Positions 1 to 14,668 of a stretch of DNA of 64,000 bases are shown piece by piece; the first letter of the stretch is position 1, and every line of letters starts with the position of its first letter. The stretch is from the human T2T-CHM13v2.0 reference genome, Homo sapiens: assembly GCF_009914755.1 (NCBI RefSeq), contig NC_060930.1; one strand, 5' to 3'. The translations under genes were made by a program, and so were the position numbers. The notes under the pieces were generated by a model that was not told the origin of the DNA, did not search any database, and saw only the letters and a list, made by a program, of their open reading frames with translations.

Positions 1-1437
1 CCTAGAGATTTGGAGGGCTCAGGAGACAGGAAGATGTGGGAAAGTTTCGAACTTCCTAGAGACTTGTTGAATGGCTTTGACCAAAATGCTGATAATAATC
101 TGGACAATAAATTCCAGGCTGAGGTGGTGTCAGATGGAGATGAAGAAATGTTTGGGAACTGGAGTAAAAGTCACTCTTCCTATGCAAAGAGACTGGTGGC
201 ATTTTGCCCCTGCCCTAGAGATCTGTGGAACTTTGAACTTGAGAGAGATGATTTAGGGCACCTGGCAGAAGAAATTTACAAGTGGCAAAGTGTTCAAGAA
301 GAACCAGAGCATAAAAGTTTGGAAAATTGGCAGCCTGATGATGCAGTAGAAAAGAAAACCCCATCTTCTGGGGAGAAATTCAAGCCCACTGCAGAAATTT
401 GCATATGTTACAAGGAGCTGAATGTTAATCACCAAGACAATGGGGAAAATGTTTCCAGAGCATGTCAGAGACCGTTGCAGCAGCCCCTGCCACCACAGGC
501 CCAGAAACCTAGCAGGGAAAAATGGTTTCATGGGCTGGGCCCACAGCCCCCCTGCTGTGTGCAGCGTAAGGACTTGGTGCCTTGCGTCCCAGCCACTCCA
601 GCTGTGGCTAAAAGGGGCCAAGGTACAGCTCAGGCGGTGGCTTCAGAGGGCATAAGAACCAAGCCTTTGCATCTCCCACATGGTGTTGAGCCTGTGAGTG
701 CACAGTAGTCAAGAACTGAGGTTTGGAAACCTCCGCCTAGATTTCAGAGGATGTATGGAAATGCCTGGATGCCCAGGCAAAATTTTGCTGCAGGGGCGAT
801 GCTCTGATGGAGAACCTCTGCTAGGGCAGTGCAGAAGGGAAATGTGTGGTGGGAGCCCCCACACAGAGACCCCACTGGGGCACTGCCTAGTGGAACTGTG
901 AGAACAGGGCCACCATCCTCCAGACCGCAGAATGGTAGATCCACTGACAGCTTGCACCATGTGCCTGGAAAAGCCACAGACACTCAATGCCAACGCGTGA
1001 AAGCAGCCAGGAGGGGGGCTGTACCTTGCAAAGCCACAGGGGTGGAGCTGCCCAAGACCATGGGAACCCACCTCTTGCATCAGCGTGACCTGGATGTGAG
1101 ACATGGAGTCAAAGGAGATCATTTTGGAGCTTTAAGATTTGACTGTTCTGCTGGATTTCAGATTTGCATGGGGCTTGTAGCCCCTTTGTTTTGGCCAATT
1201 TCTCCCATTTGGAACTGGTGTGTTTACCTGTACCACCATTGTATCTAGCAAGTAACTAACTTGCTTTTGATTTTACAGGCTCATAGGCAGAAGGGACTTC
1301 CCTTGTCTTCAGTGAGACTTTGGACTATGGACTTTTGGGTTAATGTTGGAATGAGTTAAGACTGGGAGACTGTTGGATAGGCATGATTGTGTTTTGAAAT
1401 GTGAAGACATGAGATCTGGGAAGGACCAGCAGCAGAA
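1..1437 (+). mobile_element. THE1 (ERVL-MaLR) internal region, cut by the window start
   Basis: ORFs 10..708 and 829..1248 translate to typical MaLR-int peptide (CPCPRDLWNFELERDDLG, SEG..PLHLPHGVEP, GPPSSRPQNGRSTDSLH, PLFWPISPIWN). A purine-rich tract lies just before the LTR. Confidence 0.93.
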
Positions 1438-1809
1438 TGATATGATTTGGCTGTGTCCCCACCCAAATCCCATCTGGAATTGTAGTTTCCATAATCCCCA
1501 CATGTTGCTGGAGGGACCAGGTGGGAGGTAATTGAATCACGCTGGCATTTACCTCCATGCTGTTCTCGTGATAGTGAGTGAGTGCTCACCAGATCTAATG
1601 ATTTTATGAGGGGCTTTTCCCCTTTTGCTTGGCACTTCTCCTTGCCACCATGTGAAGAAGGATATGTTTGCTTCCCCTTCCGCCATGACTGTAAGTTTCC
1701 TGAGGTGTCCTTGGCCATGCTAAACTGTGAGTCAATTAAACCTCTTTCCTTTATAAATTACCCAGTCTCAGGCATGTCTTTATTAGCAGCATGAGAATGG
1801 ACTAATATG
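1438..1809 (+). mobile_element. THE1 3' LTR (THE1C/D-like)
   Basis: Starts TGATATGATTTGGCTGTGTCCCCACCCAAATC and ends ATTAAACCTCTTTCCTTTATAAATTACCCAGTCTC...GGACTAATA, about 370 bp. Confidence 0.92.
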
Positions 1810-2191
1810 CTCCTTATAACCTTCAGGTTCTCCTCAATACCAGCACATAGTTAATGTATTCAAAAATATACTTTGAGCATCTTGTGCCATTGTAAAACAA
1901 ACTTCATGGTCTTTTCTTCAGGGATCATACAGTTCAGGGACCTTGTTGTCATTATGTCCAGGGTACTCTGCTAGCACCCTTGATTCCTTCATGCACTCTA
2001 CCCCTGGCCAAATAACTGAATTGGCCACAACATGTGTGTTATCAGATTTTGAGAGGGACTCTTCCAGTGGTTCTATTACTCTATGAGGCTTTCCTAATGT
2101 AACAGGACATGGAGTAGTTTTCTCATTGACAACCAAGGCCAAGCCGAAGACCAAAAGTCACGAGTACCACACATTCTAAAGAAAAATAATA

Positions 2192-2503
<312 letters not shown>

Positions 2504-3079
2504 TCAGACCCCTTTCCTTATGGGATTACTAGTAGGCAACTGAATGGACCTTACTGCCAGCAACCACTGCCTCAACCTGCAGGCACACATCCCCGGATGG
2601 AGGCAGAGTCCTAGATGTCATCAGTCTATGAGAAGCAGTGTGTCTGTGTGAGAGCCCCTCCAAACAAATACATACTCCTCCATGGAAGCAGGAGCTCAAA
2701 AAGACAGGGAAGCCTACAAGAGGAGGAGCCTGCCTCCTTGCTTCCGAGATGGATACTGGGTGGGCTGAGTGGTAGAAGGCTAACAGTTTCACAATGAATT
2801 AAATTTTTCTCTAGATCTGTCACTTAAATTCATATTTCCAATTATAAAGGAAAAGAAATACGATGTAACACATTGGCCCTTTGGGTTCAAGTCTAATCTT
2901 TCCTATACATTTTTAGTAATATCAGTTTTAAAAATGACATCATGAGAAAGCTATTTTAATACAGGTGGTCTATATTATATAGACAGATTTTAAAATGCTG
3001 ATTTTCAGGTAAAACCAACTAGTTGGTTATTGCCGGCAAATGCATCAGCTGTTTTTTAACTGAAAATCTCTAATATCGT

Positions 3080-4250
3080 TTTTAAAATAAATAAATTACG
3101 TACAGTGAAGTTTGACAAATGCAAACAGTCATGTAGCCACCACCAAAATCAAGATATAGAATTCCACAATCCAAAAAAATTCCTTTGTGCTGCCCTTTTG
3201 TACTCAGCTCCACCCTCTACCCTCAGCCCCCCGCAACCACTGATTTGTTTGTTGTTCCTATTCTTCTGCCAAAAATGTCATCTACATGGAATCATGTAGT
3301 ATGTAGCCTCTTAAGTCTGGATTTTTTTCACATAGATTAATGCATTTGAGATTCTTCCATGTTCTTGCTTGCATCAGTGGTTTAAACAGTATTCTGTTGT
3401 ATAGATGATTACAGTTTATCCATTCACTAGTTGAAGGACATTGGGGTTACTCCCAATTTAGGGTGATTATTAATAAAATACCTAGGAGTGGGATTGTTTG
3501 GTGAATGCTTAACGTGTTTAACTTTATTTTTTTAAAAAGTCATTTTTTCAAAATGGCTGAACTATTTTGCATTCCCACCAGAAATGCATCCGAATTTTAG
3601 TTTTGTTCTACAACCTCATAAATCATTCTAATGTCATTCTAATAGGTGTGTGGTGGCATCTCACTGTGATTTAAATTTGCATTTCCCTAAAACAAATGAT
3701 CACCATTTCATGTACTTACTTGCCATCTGAATATCTTCTTTGGTGAAGTGTCTATTCAAAATTTTTTCCCATTTTATATTGCGGGTTTTTTTGGTTTTGT
3801 TTTTGTTTGTTTTGAGACAGTGTTTCGCTCTGTTGCCCAGGCCAGAGTGCAGTGGTGCAATCTCAGCTCACTGCAACCCCCCACTCCTGGGTTCAAGCGA
3901 TTCTCTTACCTCAACCTCCCAAGTAGCTGGATTACAGGCGTGTACTAGCAAGCCTGGCTAATTTGTTTTATTTTTAGTAGAGACTGCTTTCACCATGTTG
4001 GCCTAGCTGGTCTTGAACTCCTGACCTCAAGTGATCCACCGGCCTCAGTCTCCCAAAGTGCTGGGATTACAGGCATGAGCCACTGTGCCTGGCCTGTATT
4101 GAGTTCTTTGTTTTCTTATTGTTGAGTTTTAATATCCTTTATACATTGTTTATACAAGTTTTTTTGGTTAGACGTGATTTGCAAGTATTTTCTAAACTCT
4201 GTGGCTTGACTTTTTATTCACTTAGGAGTGTCTTCTACAGAACAGAATAG
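3080..4250 (-). mobile_element. Old L1M 3' fragment interrupted by an Alu
   Basis: Degenerate antisense L1 3' motifs (TTTTGCATTCCCACCAG, TTAAATTTGCATTTCCCT, TTCTTTGGTGAAGTGTCTATTCAAA). Confidence 0.7.
3785..4094 (-). mobile_element. Alu (AluS-like)
   Basis: Antisense Alu dimer with a T/GTTT tail. Confidence 0.93.
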
Positions 4251-4254
4251 TTAA

Positions 4255-6640
4255 AAATTGGGTTAGACCAACTTGTTTGGGGGCCTAAAGAACATTAGTG
4301 AGGGGAAATTTACTGGAGAGGGTTTCAGTTAAGGCACTTAGTCATTCACTTTGTGTATGAGAAGTGGCCCAGGATAAGCATATGCATTAAACCCAGGGAC
4401 AGTAACAAAGGGTTTGGCTGGTTGGTCAGGGGCTTGGAAGGAGACAGTTTGGAAAATTAGAGTGGAGGATATCTGGGGGAAAAGCATGTGGTTGAGCCTA
4501 TGGAAGGGACATGAAATGGGAATATCTTTGTACTACATGTTCACACCCAAGACAACCAAGTAGAGAGCAGGCACAAGACAATCAAGTTGACAAAACGACC
4601 TGGCCAGTTGCTGACAGGCAGCCCCTGCAATCAGCCACCCCCATGCTGGTACACTGGGTTTGGGAACTGAATGGCTTCTGCAGCAGCAGTGGAAGCTACA
4701 CATGGGCCCTACACCATAGACTCCCACTTACCAAGACCATATGTCCAACCTGCCAGCAACGAGACCCAAGTTCGGTTCCCGACACAGGATCATTCCTCAA
4801 GGAGACCAATCGGATACTTGGTGACAAGTTGATTTATCTTTACCATAATCAAATATATTCTAGGCATATGTTTGCTTTTCTGCCCTCAGGGCCTCAGCCG
4901 GCACCACTGTCGGAGGGTGTTTTAGCAGAATATTTATATCACCAACCTGGAATCTGTGTAATATTGCTTCAGAACAAGAGACCCCATTCACATCAGTGAG
5001 AGGTGGACCAAGATGAGAATATACTTTAAACCCAGGGACAGTAACAAAGAGTTGGCTGGTTGGTCAGGGGCTTGGAAGGAGACAGTTTGGAAGATCATGG
5101 CAAGGCCACAACTGATCCACGTTGTCTCCTTTCTACTCCTCATTCTAGATCCCCTCGCCCTCAGCCAACACCTCTGCTGCTCTAGGTGGCTTACATGTAC
5201 ATCACTGGACACATGACCATGGGACCTCTCACATACTATACCCCATGGAAGCTGCTGACCAGGAGAGTGATAGAATGGTCTTTTGAAGGTGTAGCTGTGT
5301 GTCAGTTTGGAGATGATACTCTGCCAAGAGAAGACCCTAAATTAATGACTGTATATGCTACAGTGTCTCTGATCAGTGGGCTCTCTATGAGACAGAGAAC
5401 CAACTGGTGAAAGTTAGACTGACCCCACTTGCCTTTGTTAGGAGTGACCCACTTGGAGACCTCTTCCTGTCCCCTCAGTCCTAGGCTTTGGGCGTCTGGA
5501 GGTCCTAGTTGTCAAAGAGGAGTGCTTCCACTATGAGGCTTATTACTAGTCCCATTAAAATTTCAGCCACAAATGCAGTCCGGTTACTAAGGGCTCCTTA
5601 ATAGGGAACAAAATAATTAACACACCTGAGGGTAATTGAATTTACTCATCAGAAGGAAATAACACTTAATTTACACAATTAAGGCAGGAAAGAATAAGTT
5701 AAACACCTAAGAGATCTATTGGGATTGGTATCTCTTGTTACCCCCGATAAAAATTTTTGGCTTGGCCAAACTTTAGTCAGGCTCCTAAAACTTCTCCTAG
5801 GCCCATCTGTGCACTTCCTTGTAAAATCCAGTTTTAGCAAAGAACATGCTAAGTCAGTTTAGCAAGAAGCCCCCACCCTCAATATGTGATCGACCTGGAA
5901 AATCTGACCAACCTGGAAAGCTGATTCTGATCAATCTGATCAACCTGGAAAGCTGATCCTGTTCCTCATCTTCCACTTTCTCCCCACGTGATGTCCGATC
6001 ATCCTGCTCTGTCTTTAGCAAGAATCCTGTTCAGTCAATTCAGCCAGAGAATCCCCCTTACCCCTGATGTTTCTTTTATGTAATTTCCATCCACTGAACC
6101 CCACTCTGCTCCTTGGCTATAATTTCCCACTTTGCCCAGGCTGCATTTGGAGTTGAGCCCAATCTTTTTGCCTTACTGCAAAATCTGATTGCAGTGGTTC
6201 CTATGCCTCTCTGAATGGTCCTGAATAAAGTCTGCTTTACCATGGTTTAACAAATGTCATTGAATAATTTTTTTACACTGCCCTGTTCAGTGTTGATGGT
6301 AAATGGATAAGTGTAACTGCCATAGTCAGAGAAGGGTGTAGTGACAAGGGACTCAGACCACCAGGAGGATGAGAGTCTGGGTCACCCTGCAAGAAGAGCC
6401 ACCTAGAGCAGCAGAGGTGTTGGCTAAGGGTGAGGGGGATGTAGAATGAGAAGCAGAAAGGAGACAATGAGGATCAGATGTGGCCTTGCCATGAGCTGCA
6501 GGGGTGGCAAATGTAGCTCATTCCACTAACCTCCCTCTTCTAACAGTTTCCAGGAAATGAGACCAATCAGAATGCTAGAAGAGTTATTCCTATATGGAGT
6601 AAATATATAAAGCATGTGGATCTGTGTGGTGCAAGCACAG
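4255..6640 (+). mobile_element. ERVL-class internal relic (pol RNase H/integrase; ERV3-16A3/LTR16-type)
   Basis: Translates to GLAGWSGAWKETVWKI..DIWGKSMW (RNase H), DNQVDK...SYTWALHHRLPLTK..CPTCQQ (integrase zinc finger) and a VWVT..PRAAEVLAKGEG C-terminus. It is heavily degraded and interrupted by a solo LTR. Confidence 0.8.
5746..6276 (+). mobile_element. Solo ERV1 LTR, MER31-like, nested in the ERVL relic
   Basis: GCTTGGCCAAACTTTAGTCAGGCTCC...CCTAGGCCCATCTGTGCACTTCCTTGTAAAATCCAGTTTTAGCAA, AATAAA near the 3' end, ends in ..ACA. Confidence 0.75.
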
Positions 6641-6642
6641 GC

Positions 6643-7081
6643 TGTGGTGGCTGCAGGCTGTGGTATGCAACCCAGATTACCACACCCACCCGGACTGAGG
6701 CGCTCATATTTTTAGCTACTGAAAGTATTGAGATGTCAAGGACCCACAGCTGAATCCCTCTCCAGGAAATGCCCTTGGGAGAAGGAAGTTGTCTTACTCA
6801 AGTTATACCTCTGCCACAGGGGCAGTCCACATCCAATGACTAGTCAGTGGATTTAGGAGCCTAAAGGTCCTTGTTGTTTTGGGACAACTTTGAAGCGTCA
6901 TTTCTGCTTCAGAGATCTTCCAGGGATTGGTGGGGGCCTCCATTGCTACCACATTACAGTTTTCCCTCTGCCCAATTTTGGGATTTCTTCTCTTCCTTAT
7001 GAGTGTTGTTCCTGACAATTACCAGTGAACCTCTTATCTCCAAATCTCCATCAGGTTTCCTGGGAAACCCGATCTAAGCCA
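6643..7081 (+). mobile_element. LTR16-family LTR (LTR16C-like), probable 3' LTR of the ERVL relic
   Basis: CACAGCTGAATCCCTCTCCAGGAAATGCCC, GGGGCAGTCCACATCCAATGACT, GGGACAACTTTGAAG, terminal TTCCTGGGAAACCCGATCTAAG. Confidence 0.75.
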
Positions 7082-7233
7082 GCCACCTACACACTTCTGC
7101 TCCCATTAGTTGAGTTAGCTGGTGCTTACCATCCTCTTATACTTATTATTGTAATTATTATAATTGGATTAAATGTTACATAAACACATTAAGTATGCAA
7201 ACAAAAAGATGATTTTTGTTTCTGTAAAAATCA

Positions 7234-7612
<379 letters not shown>

Positions 7613-8050
7613 ATGGTATCCAGGTGTTTAATGTATGCTTCTTGTTTGATGTAGAATTTAGGATGGAGTGTAATTTATTCCCTGTAATTATAATTTGTTT
7701 TTTATTTTTGAGAAATCTATTATTTTTGTAAAAATAAACATGTTTATTGTAAAAACTCAAAATAACTTAGAAAATAAAAAATAAAAATTACCTGTAATTC
7801 CACCAACTACAGGCAACCTCATTTCAGTGAATATCCTTCTTAACATCATTTGTTTAAAATACACAAAAAAGGCATGTACAATGTCAAATAAATGGATGTG
7901 TTACACATATAAATAGATACACATTACATCCTATATACGTGTATGTATTACTATATGTCATATAATCAAATATATCAAATAAATGCATTGTATAATTACT
8001 ATATATAGTATAAATATACTATACATAGTATATATATACATGTTATATAA

Positions 8051-8414
<364 letters not shown>

Positions 8415-9301
8415 TCCCTTATTTCTTTGTTATATCTTTTGTAACAAGTCTTGTGTGCTCAACTATGAATCTTACTTATTTTCTTCTTCTGAAGTCATTA
8501 ATATAAATGATACAATAAGACTAACTTAAGAAAAACAACTGTTATTCTCTAGAAACCACATGAGGCAATGTTACTAATGGGATATATTTCCATTACCTAA
8601 CTAGGAGAGAATCATAAACTTATTATTTTTTGGATGTTGCACTTATAAATCAGTAGTTTAATCATGAAATAGAAATGCCAGATAAATTTAAGATCTCATA
8701 TTAGCATTAGATTCATCAGGAGCAAAGGCATGGAAACGTTTATGAAACTGTTGGTAGAGGAAAAATAAATCAACTTTTTGTATAAATAAAATTATCAGGA
8801 GAGATTAACCAAAAATTAAAAAAGCATTTTCCTTCCAATAAAAGTCAAACCAACAAATGGTTATGACTTATCTACCCTATGCAAGGCAATTTTCCTTTAA
8901 GTTTCCTTTGTAAATATTCTCAATTGCATGTGCTTTCAGGATTTTGAATTTTTAACCTGAAAAAAGTCAAAGTGGTTTCCTCTTTGTCTTTATAATATTA
9001 GGACTGAAATATGGAGAAGTAGTTGTAGGAAAAGCTAAATGCATGTTGCTTACCATTAGTAGTTTTTCAAAAGCCAAACCTTTGCACTTGGATAGGATCA
9101 TCTCCAAAAACTTGATCTTTTCAAACTATTAACAACAACAACAACAAAAAGTAAACTGACCTTTGTGCTACTTCTATAACCTTCACTATTTTCTTTAATT
9201 CCCCATGGTCCTGCCATGAAAATATTTTATATGGTTATATGTTTCATAACCCTTTGTGGTGCTTAGAGCTATAGGTTATTTGCTTTGTAAAGTCTATTTC
9301 C

Positions 9302-9587
9302 TTTTTTTTTTTTTTGAGACAGAGTTTGCCCAGGCTGGGGTGCGATGGCGCGATCTTGGCTCACCGCACGCAACCTCTGCCTCCAGGATTCAAGCAATTC
9401 TCCTGCCTCAGCCTCCTGAGTAGCTGAGATTACAGGCATGTGCCACCACACCAGGCTGATTTTGTATTTTTAGTAGAGACGGGGTTTCTCCATGTTGGTC
9501 AGGCTGGTCTCGAACTCCTGACGTCAGGTGATCCACCCGCCTTGGTCTCCCAAAGGGCTGGGATTACAGGCGTGAGCCACCGCGCCT
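9302..9587 (-). mobile_element. Alu (AluS-like)
   Basis: Antisense dimer with a poly-T tail. Confidence 0.93.
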
Positions 9588-10764
9588 ATTTCCGTTTTAA
9601 ACTATGGCATGCTTTGCTGTTGTCCATGTTTCAATTTCCAAGGACTCTTGGTGGTTGTCTCTGAGCAATCTTAAAAACTAAAACTGTGGAAAGTAAAAAC
9701 AAATATAAATCTTGATTGGCTGTAACAATAAGAAGGCAACAAGTTGAAAGAGAAACAGAATGGTCCTAGTTTGAAGTAAAATACACCTGGGTTTGAAGCC
9801 AAATTCTGGAAATGATTAGCTGAATAATCTGGGGCAAGTTTAATGTCTCTTAGCCTCATTTTCTTCTTCTGTAAAAAGGGATGCCTTATTTGGTCAGAGT
9901 AACCATAAGAGATAATGTATGTCAAAATTGTTATCTAAGTGGTGTTTAACAACTGGCAACATTATCAAAGACAAACATAATTAATTAAAATCTGGATTAT
10001 TTATATTTGTTCTTGCTTATTGTTCAAATAATTTAAACAACCAGGAGGAGATCCTTTATTAAGACATAAACAATTATTTACAACATGTCATTATCATCTA
10101 TAATATCCATTTCCTCCTAGTCTTCAAGTTGTTACTGTTCTGTAAATCCACTGCACAAAGAAAGCCTGACCATGTCTAGTAATTTGGGTACTATCAACAA
10201 GCATTATAGCCTGTAAGCATTTAGTGCCTAAAATCTACTTGTCTTTTTTTAAAAATTATTTTGATGCAGGTACATAAGTGTGTTGGGACCAAACATTCTA
10301 AACACTATATGTAGCTTTAAAAATCTTCTCCAGGGAATATAATCTTCCTCAGTAGCAGCAAGTGGGTTGGACTTAATTTTGTCACTAATCATATCTCAGG
10401 ATCTTTCTGTTAAATTGTAATCATTTAAGAAATACAGTATCTTTCACTTATAGCTCAGCCTCCAGCACTTCCTCTTTTCCTTGCTCTTCTCCCAGATGTC
10501 ATGGGGGTCAATGGAGGTTAGGGGTTGAGATCAGCTTACATGATTTCTTGGTTGGAAGAGAGAAGGGGACATATAATAAAGACATTCAATGTGTCAATCC
10601 AGTAAGAAGCCAATAAGAATACTTAGTCTCAGTGGCCCCAGGATTCACAAAACCCATGTTTCCTGGAACAATACTTTGATTTAAAGACAGAAAGTTATTT
10701 ATTTTACCAAAGTAGTTTTTTTGGGAAAATCTCCTCTTCTAATTCAATAAACTGATTTATTTAA

Positions 10765-11100
<336 letters not shown>

Positions 11101-12466
11101 TGAGGAAGGTAGTCATTAAGATAATCATTATATGTACAAAGAGAAATAAGAGAACTAGAGAAATGCAGCTACAAAGTCAAAAATAAAACTTCCCTTAAGT
11201 TGCCTGAAAAACAAAATGAAGTTTGTTATTTGGTTAGTTCGGCTTAGTGTTTGTTGTTGATGGTTATATTTGTAGAATTAAGGACCCTTAAAAAAACAAA
11301 AATAAATAATTGCTTAAATTTCCTACCTTACTCTGCAGGCTGCAACATATTGTGATCTTATGATGTTAGTCTCTCTGACCTAACTCAAGATATGCTCCCT
11401 AATTAGCCAGTTCACTTCAAGTGACCAGGCTGAGGAGCAGTTACAGTGATTTTGTTTGCCTATGAATAATTGCTTTCCGCAAGTCATCTAGTGTCAAATT
11501 TTACTCTCTTTTTTGAATAGAATTTCCCAACTAATTAACTTTTTTCCTCCTCCTTTGTTCCTTCCTTTTTTCCTTTGCTCCCTCCTTCTCTCTTCCCTTC
11601 ATCCCTTTCACTCATTTATTAAATACTTACTGTATGTCAGGCGCTGTTCTAAATTTGAAGATTTAAAGAAATCATTTCTTGCTTTAAATAGCAAAGAAGC
11701 AAATGATGGTGACATTCACTATGAGTAAACAAGTAATTACGATACGGCATGGTGCATGGTCTAATAGAGAGAAAGAGTACTTTTAGAATATACAGCAAAG
11801 TTGTCCTGCACAGGCCTGGAGTGGCCAGAAGTAGGTCAGTTTCATCTTTTGACCCCTCCTTCCGGAAGGAACTGCAGGATGACTATCTAAACTTTGACAG
11901 ATTGAGCAGGACATGTGAGAGTTAACAAGATTAACATGATGACATTTCATATTGGGTCATTGAAGATGGGGAAGTGGAGAATAGAACTAGAGGTGGCCTT
12001 GGAAGCAAAGGGAAATGGAAGAGCGTGAGAAAAATGGACAGAAGGATGAAATAAAGAGAAAAGCAAAACAATATTCCCACAACGCAAATCCTTATGCTGA
12101 CCAGACTGAGCCTTGGCAAAGTGATTGATTCTCCACACCAGTCAGACCCCAGAATCTACGTGACATTTTCCTTTTTGTAGTTCCTGCCCTATTGCCTGCA
12201 TCATTTTGATAAAAAATGCTTTTTGGAGATAAGCATTATTTATTCCACATTTCTAGCTGTGCTCTAGTTAGATCAAGTAGAGTGGAATTAAAAGGCAACA
12301 GCCTTTGGAACAAAAGAGTCATCACTTACTTTATTTTTCTATACCAAGGTACTTATCTGCCTATTTCCTTTTGTCTTTCTCCTAGTTCTCAGGACCTTCA
12401 CTGATATACATTCATTTAATGTTTCAATATATTTTGAATCCCCAAAAGGTTGTGGAATCTCAATTA

Positions 12467-12850
<384 letters not shown>

Positions 12851-13708
12851 TCAAAAGTTATCTGAGATGCTAGGAATTTTAAGGCAGCCTGGGGCTTTGA
12901 ACATATGTATAAATTCCTACCATGAAAACAGTTTGGTCAGTTTAATTCATTTCATAAATATTTATTGAGCATTTGTTATGTGTTTTGTTTGTTTGTCTGA
13001 TTGTTTTTGCCTAATACCAATGCTTACAATACTGTGTGTTAATAACTACAAGATGCTGAGAACAGAAAGTCAAATAACATGATCCCTGCCATTGAGGAAT
13101 TTATAATTCAGTGGAGAAGACAAATACATGCTATTTAACTTTTCTCCCCTCTGTGGCGCTTCCTATCTATGCAGCTCCCCACCCCTGCTTCTAGCTCTAA
13201 GTCCAAACTTGGTTTTGTTCCTGGTTTGAGGATGTCTGGTTCTCCTCTAAAGGCCTTTGATCCCCTTTCATGTCAACATTTTGCGGTAGCTTACAAACTT
13301 TCAGACTGCTCCCTGTGGAAACCTGTCTTCCCTTGCTTGTCTGCAGTAGAAAGATGGAATACGAATGTTCCACCTCACTGCCAGGGAGGATGTGGAGTTA
13401 AGCTCTCCCTTCCCTCAAGGAATGTGAGGTTTTCAGTTTTTAATTAGTAAACTAATTTCTAAATTCTCAAAATATATTGTGAAAGTGTCACAGGAAGAAA
13501 AGGCAATGTAAAGGAAGACAAGCAATGCCTCAGAGAGAAAAAAGAAGTAGGGGAGGAAGGCTTGTCCCATGAGAGGGGTTTCCCATGGGAGGGGCTTACC
13601 AGAGGAACCTTTGGGAATCAGGAGTTGATCCTGGAGAAGAGGCCTAAGAAGGCTTTGCATCATTGCTCAAGAGGAGCAAGGTGAGCAGATCTCAGAAAGG
13701 ACCACCAA

Positions 13709-14040
13709 GGCGGGCATGGTCGCTTACCCTAGTAATCCCTGTATTTTGGCAGGCCAAAGTGGGTGATTGCTTGAGCCCAGGAGTGGGAGACCAGCCTGGG
13801 CAATATAGTGAGACATCACCTCTACAAAAATAAACAAAATCTGCCGAGTGTGGTGGTGCACGCCTGTAGTCCCACCTACTTGGGAGGCTGAAGTGGGAAG
13901 ATTGCTTGAGCCTGGAGGTGGTCAAGGCTGCAGTAAGCTGAGATTGTGCCACTGCACTCCAGCCTGGGTGGTAGAGTGAGACCCTGTCTCAAAAAAAAAA
14001 AAAAAAAAAAGAAAACAAACAAACAAAAAAACATAAAAAG
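13709..14040 (+). mobile_element. AluJ
   Basis: TTGCTTGAGCCCAGGAG and GTCAAGGCTGCAGT diagnostics. Confidence 0.9.
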
Positions 14041-14668
14041 GGGGCACTGTTTAAGGGCCCATGAATAAGAGGCTAAATCTCAGAGACACAGACTTACTAA
14101 AGAACCCCTTTGTCTACACACAGGGACCAAACCAGTCATCCTTCCTGTCCACACCAATGCACACTTGACTCCACCCATGGTCCGCTCAGCAGAGTGAAGT
14201 TCCTTCAGGCTTACTCCCCATGTGATTACCATGGTTGACTCCTCACCAAAATTGCCATGACCAGAATATCCACACAAGGGCTTTGCTTTTGGTGGGGAAG
14301 GGGAAGAGGTGGGAAGTTCCCCATTCTGGATTAAGAGCTGAACCACAGAAGTTTAAAACCAGCCTCGGCTGAGATAATAACTGACCTCCCTCTTACCTGC
14401 CTCCTTTATCCCAGACCCTTTAATCTGTGCTCACCCACACACAGCATTTGCCATCAACACCTCTTCAGTCCCTGCAACAAGTCATTAAATGATATTCTAG
14501 AAAATGTTTCAGAAACTCCATTCCTTTCTCTCCCTTTTTGTACCCCTCTACCACATTTCATTCTGCCTTGCTTATATTCTGCCTTTTCTTATATTAGCTG
14601 CCTTTTTTCTGAACTAAACCCCTAGATTTGGTGCTCTTTACACTTCTGGCCCTTTGGATCTTGGCCAT

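Noticed and set aside
4511-4999. 162-aa ORF as a domesticated retroviral gene
   Set aside because: It is a degenerate ERVL pol fragment. The zinc-finger histidines are lost, homology shifts frame, and the core is interrupted by an insertion.
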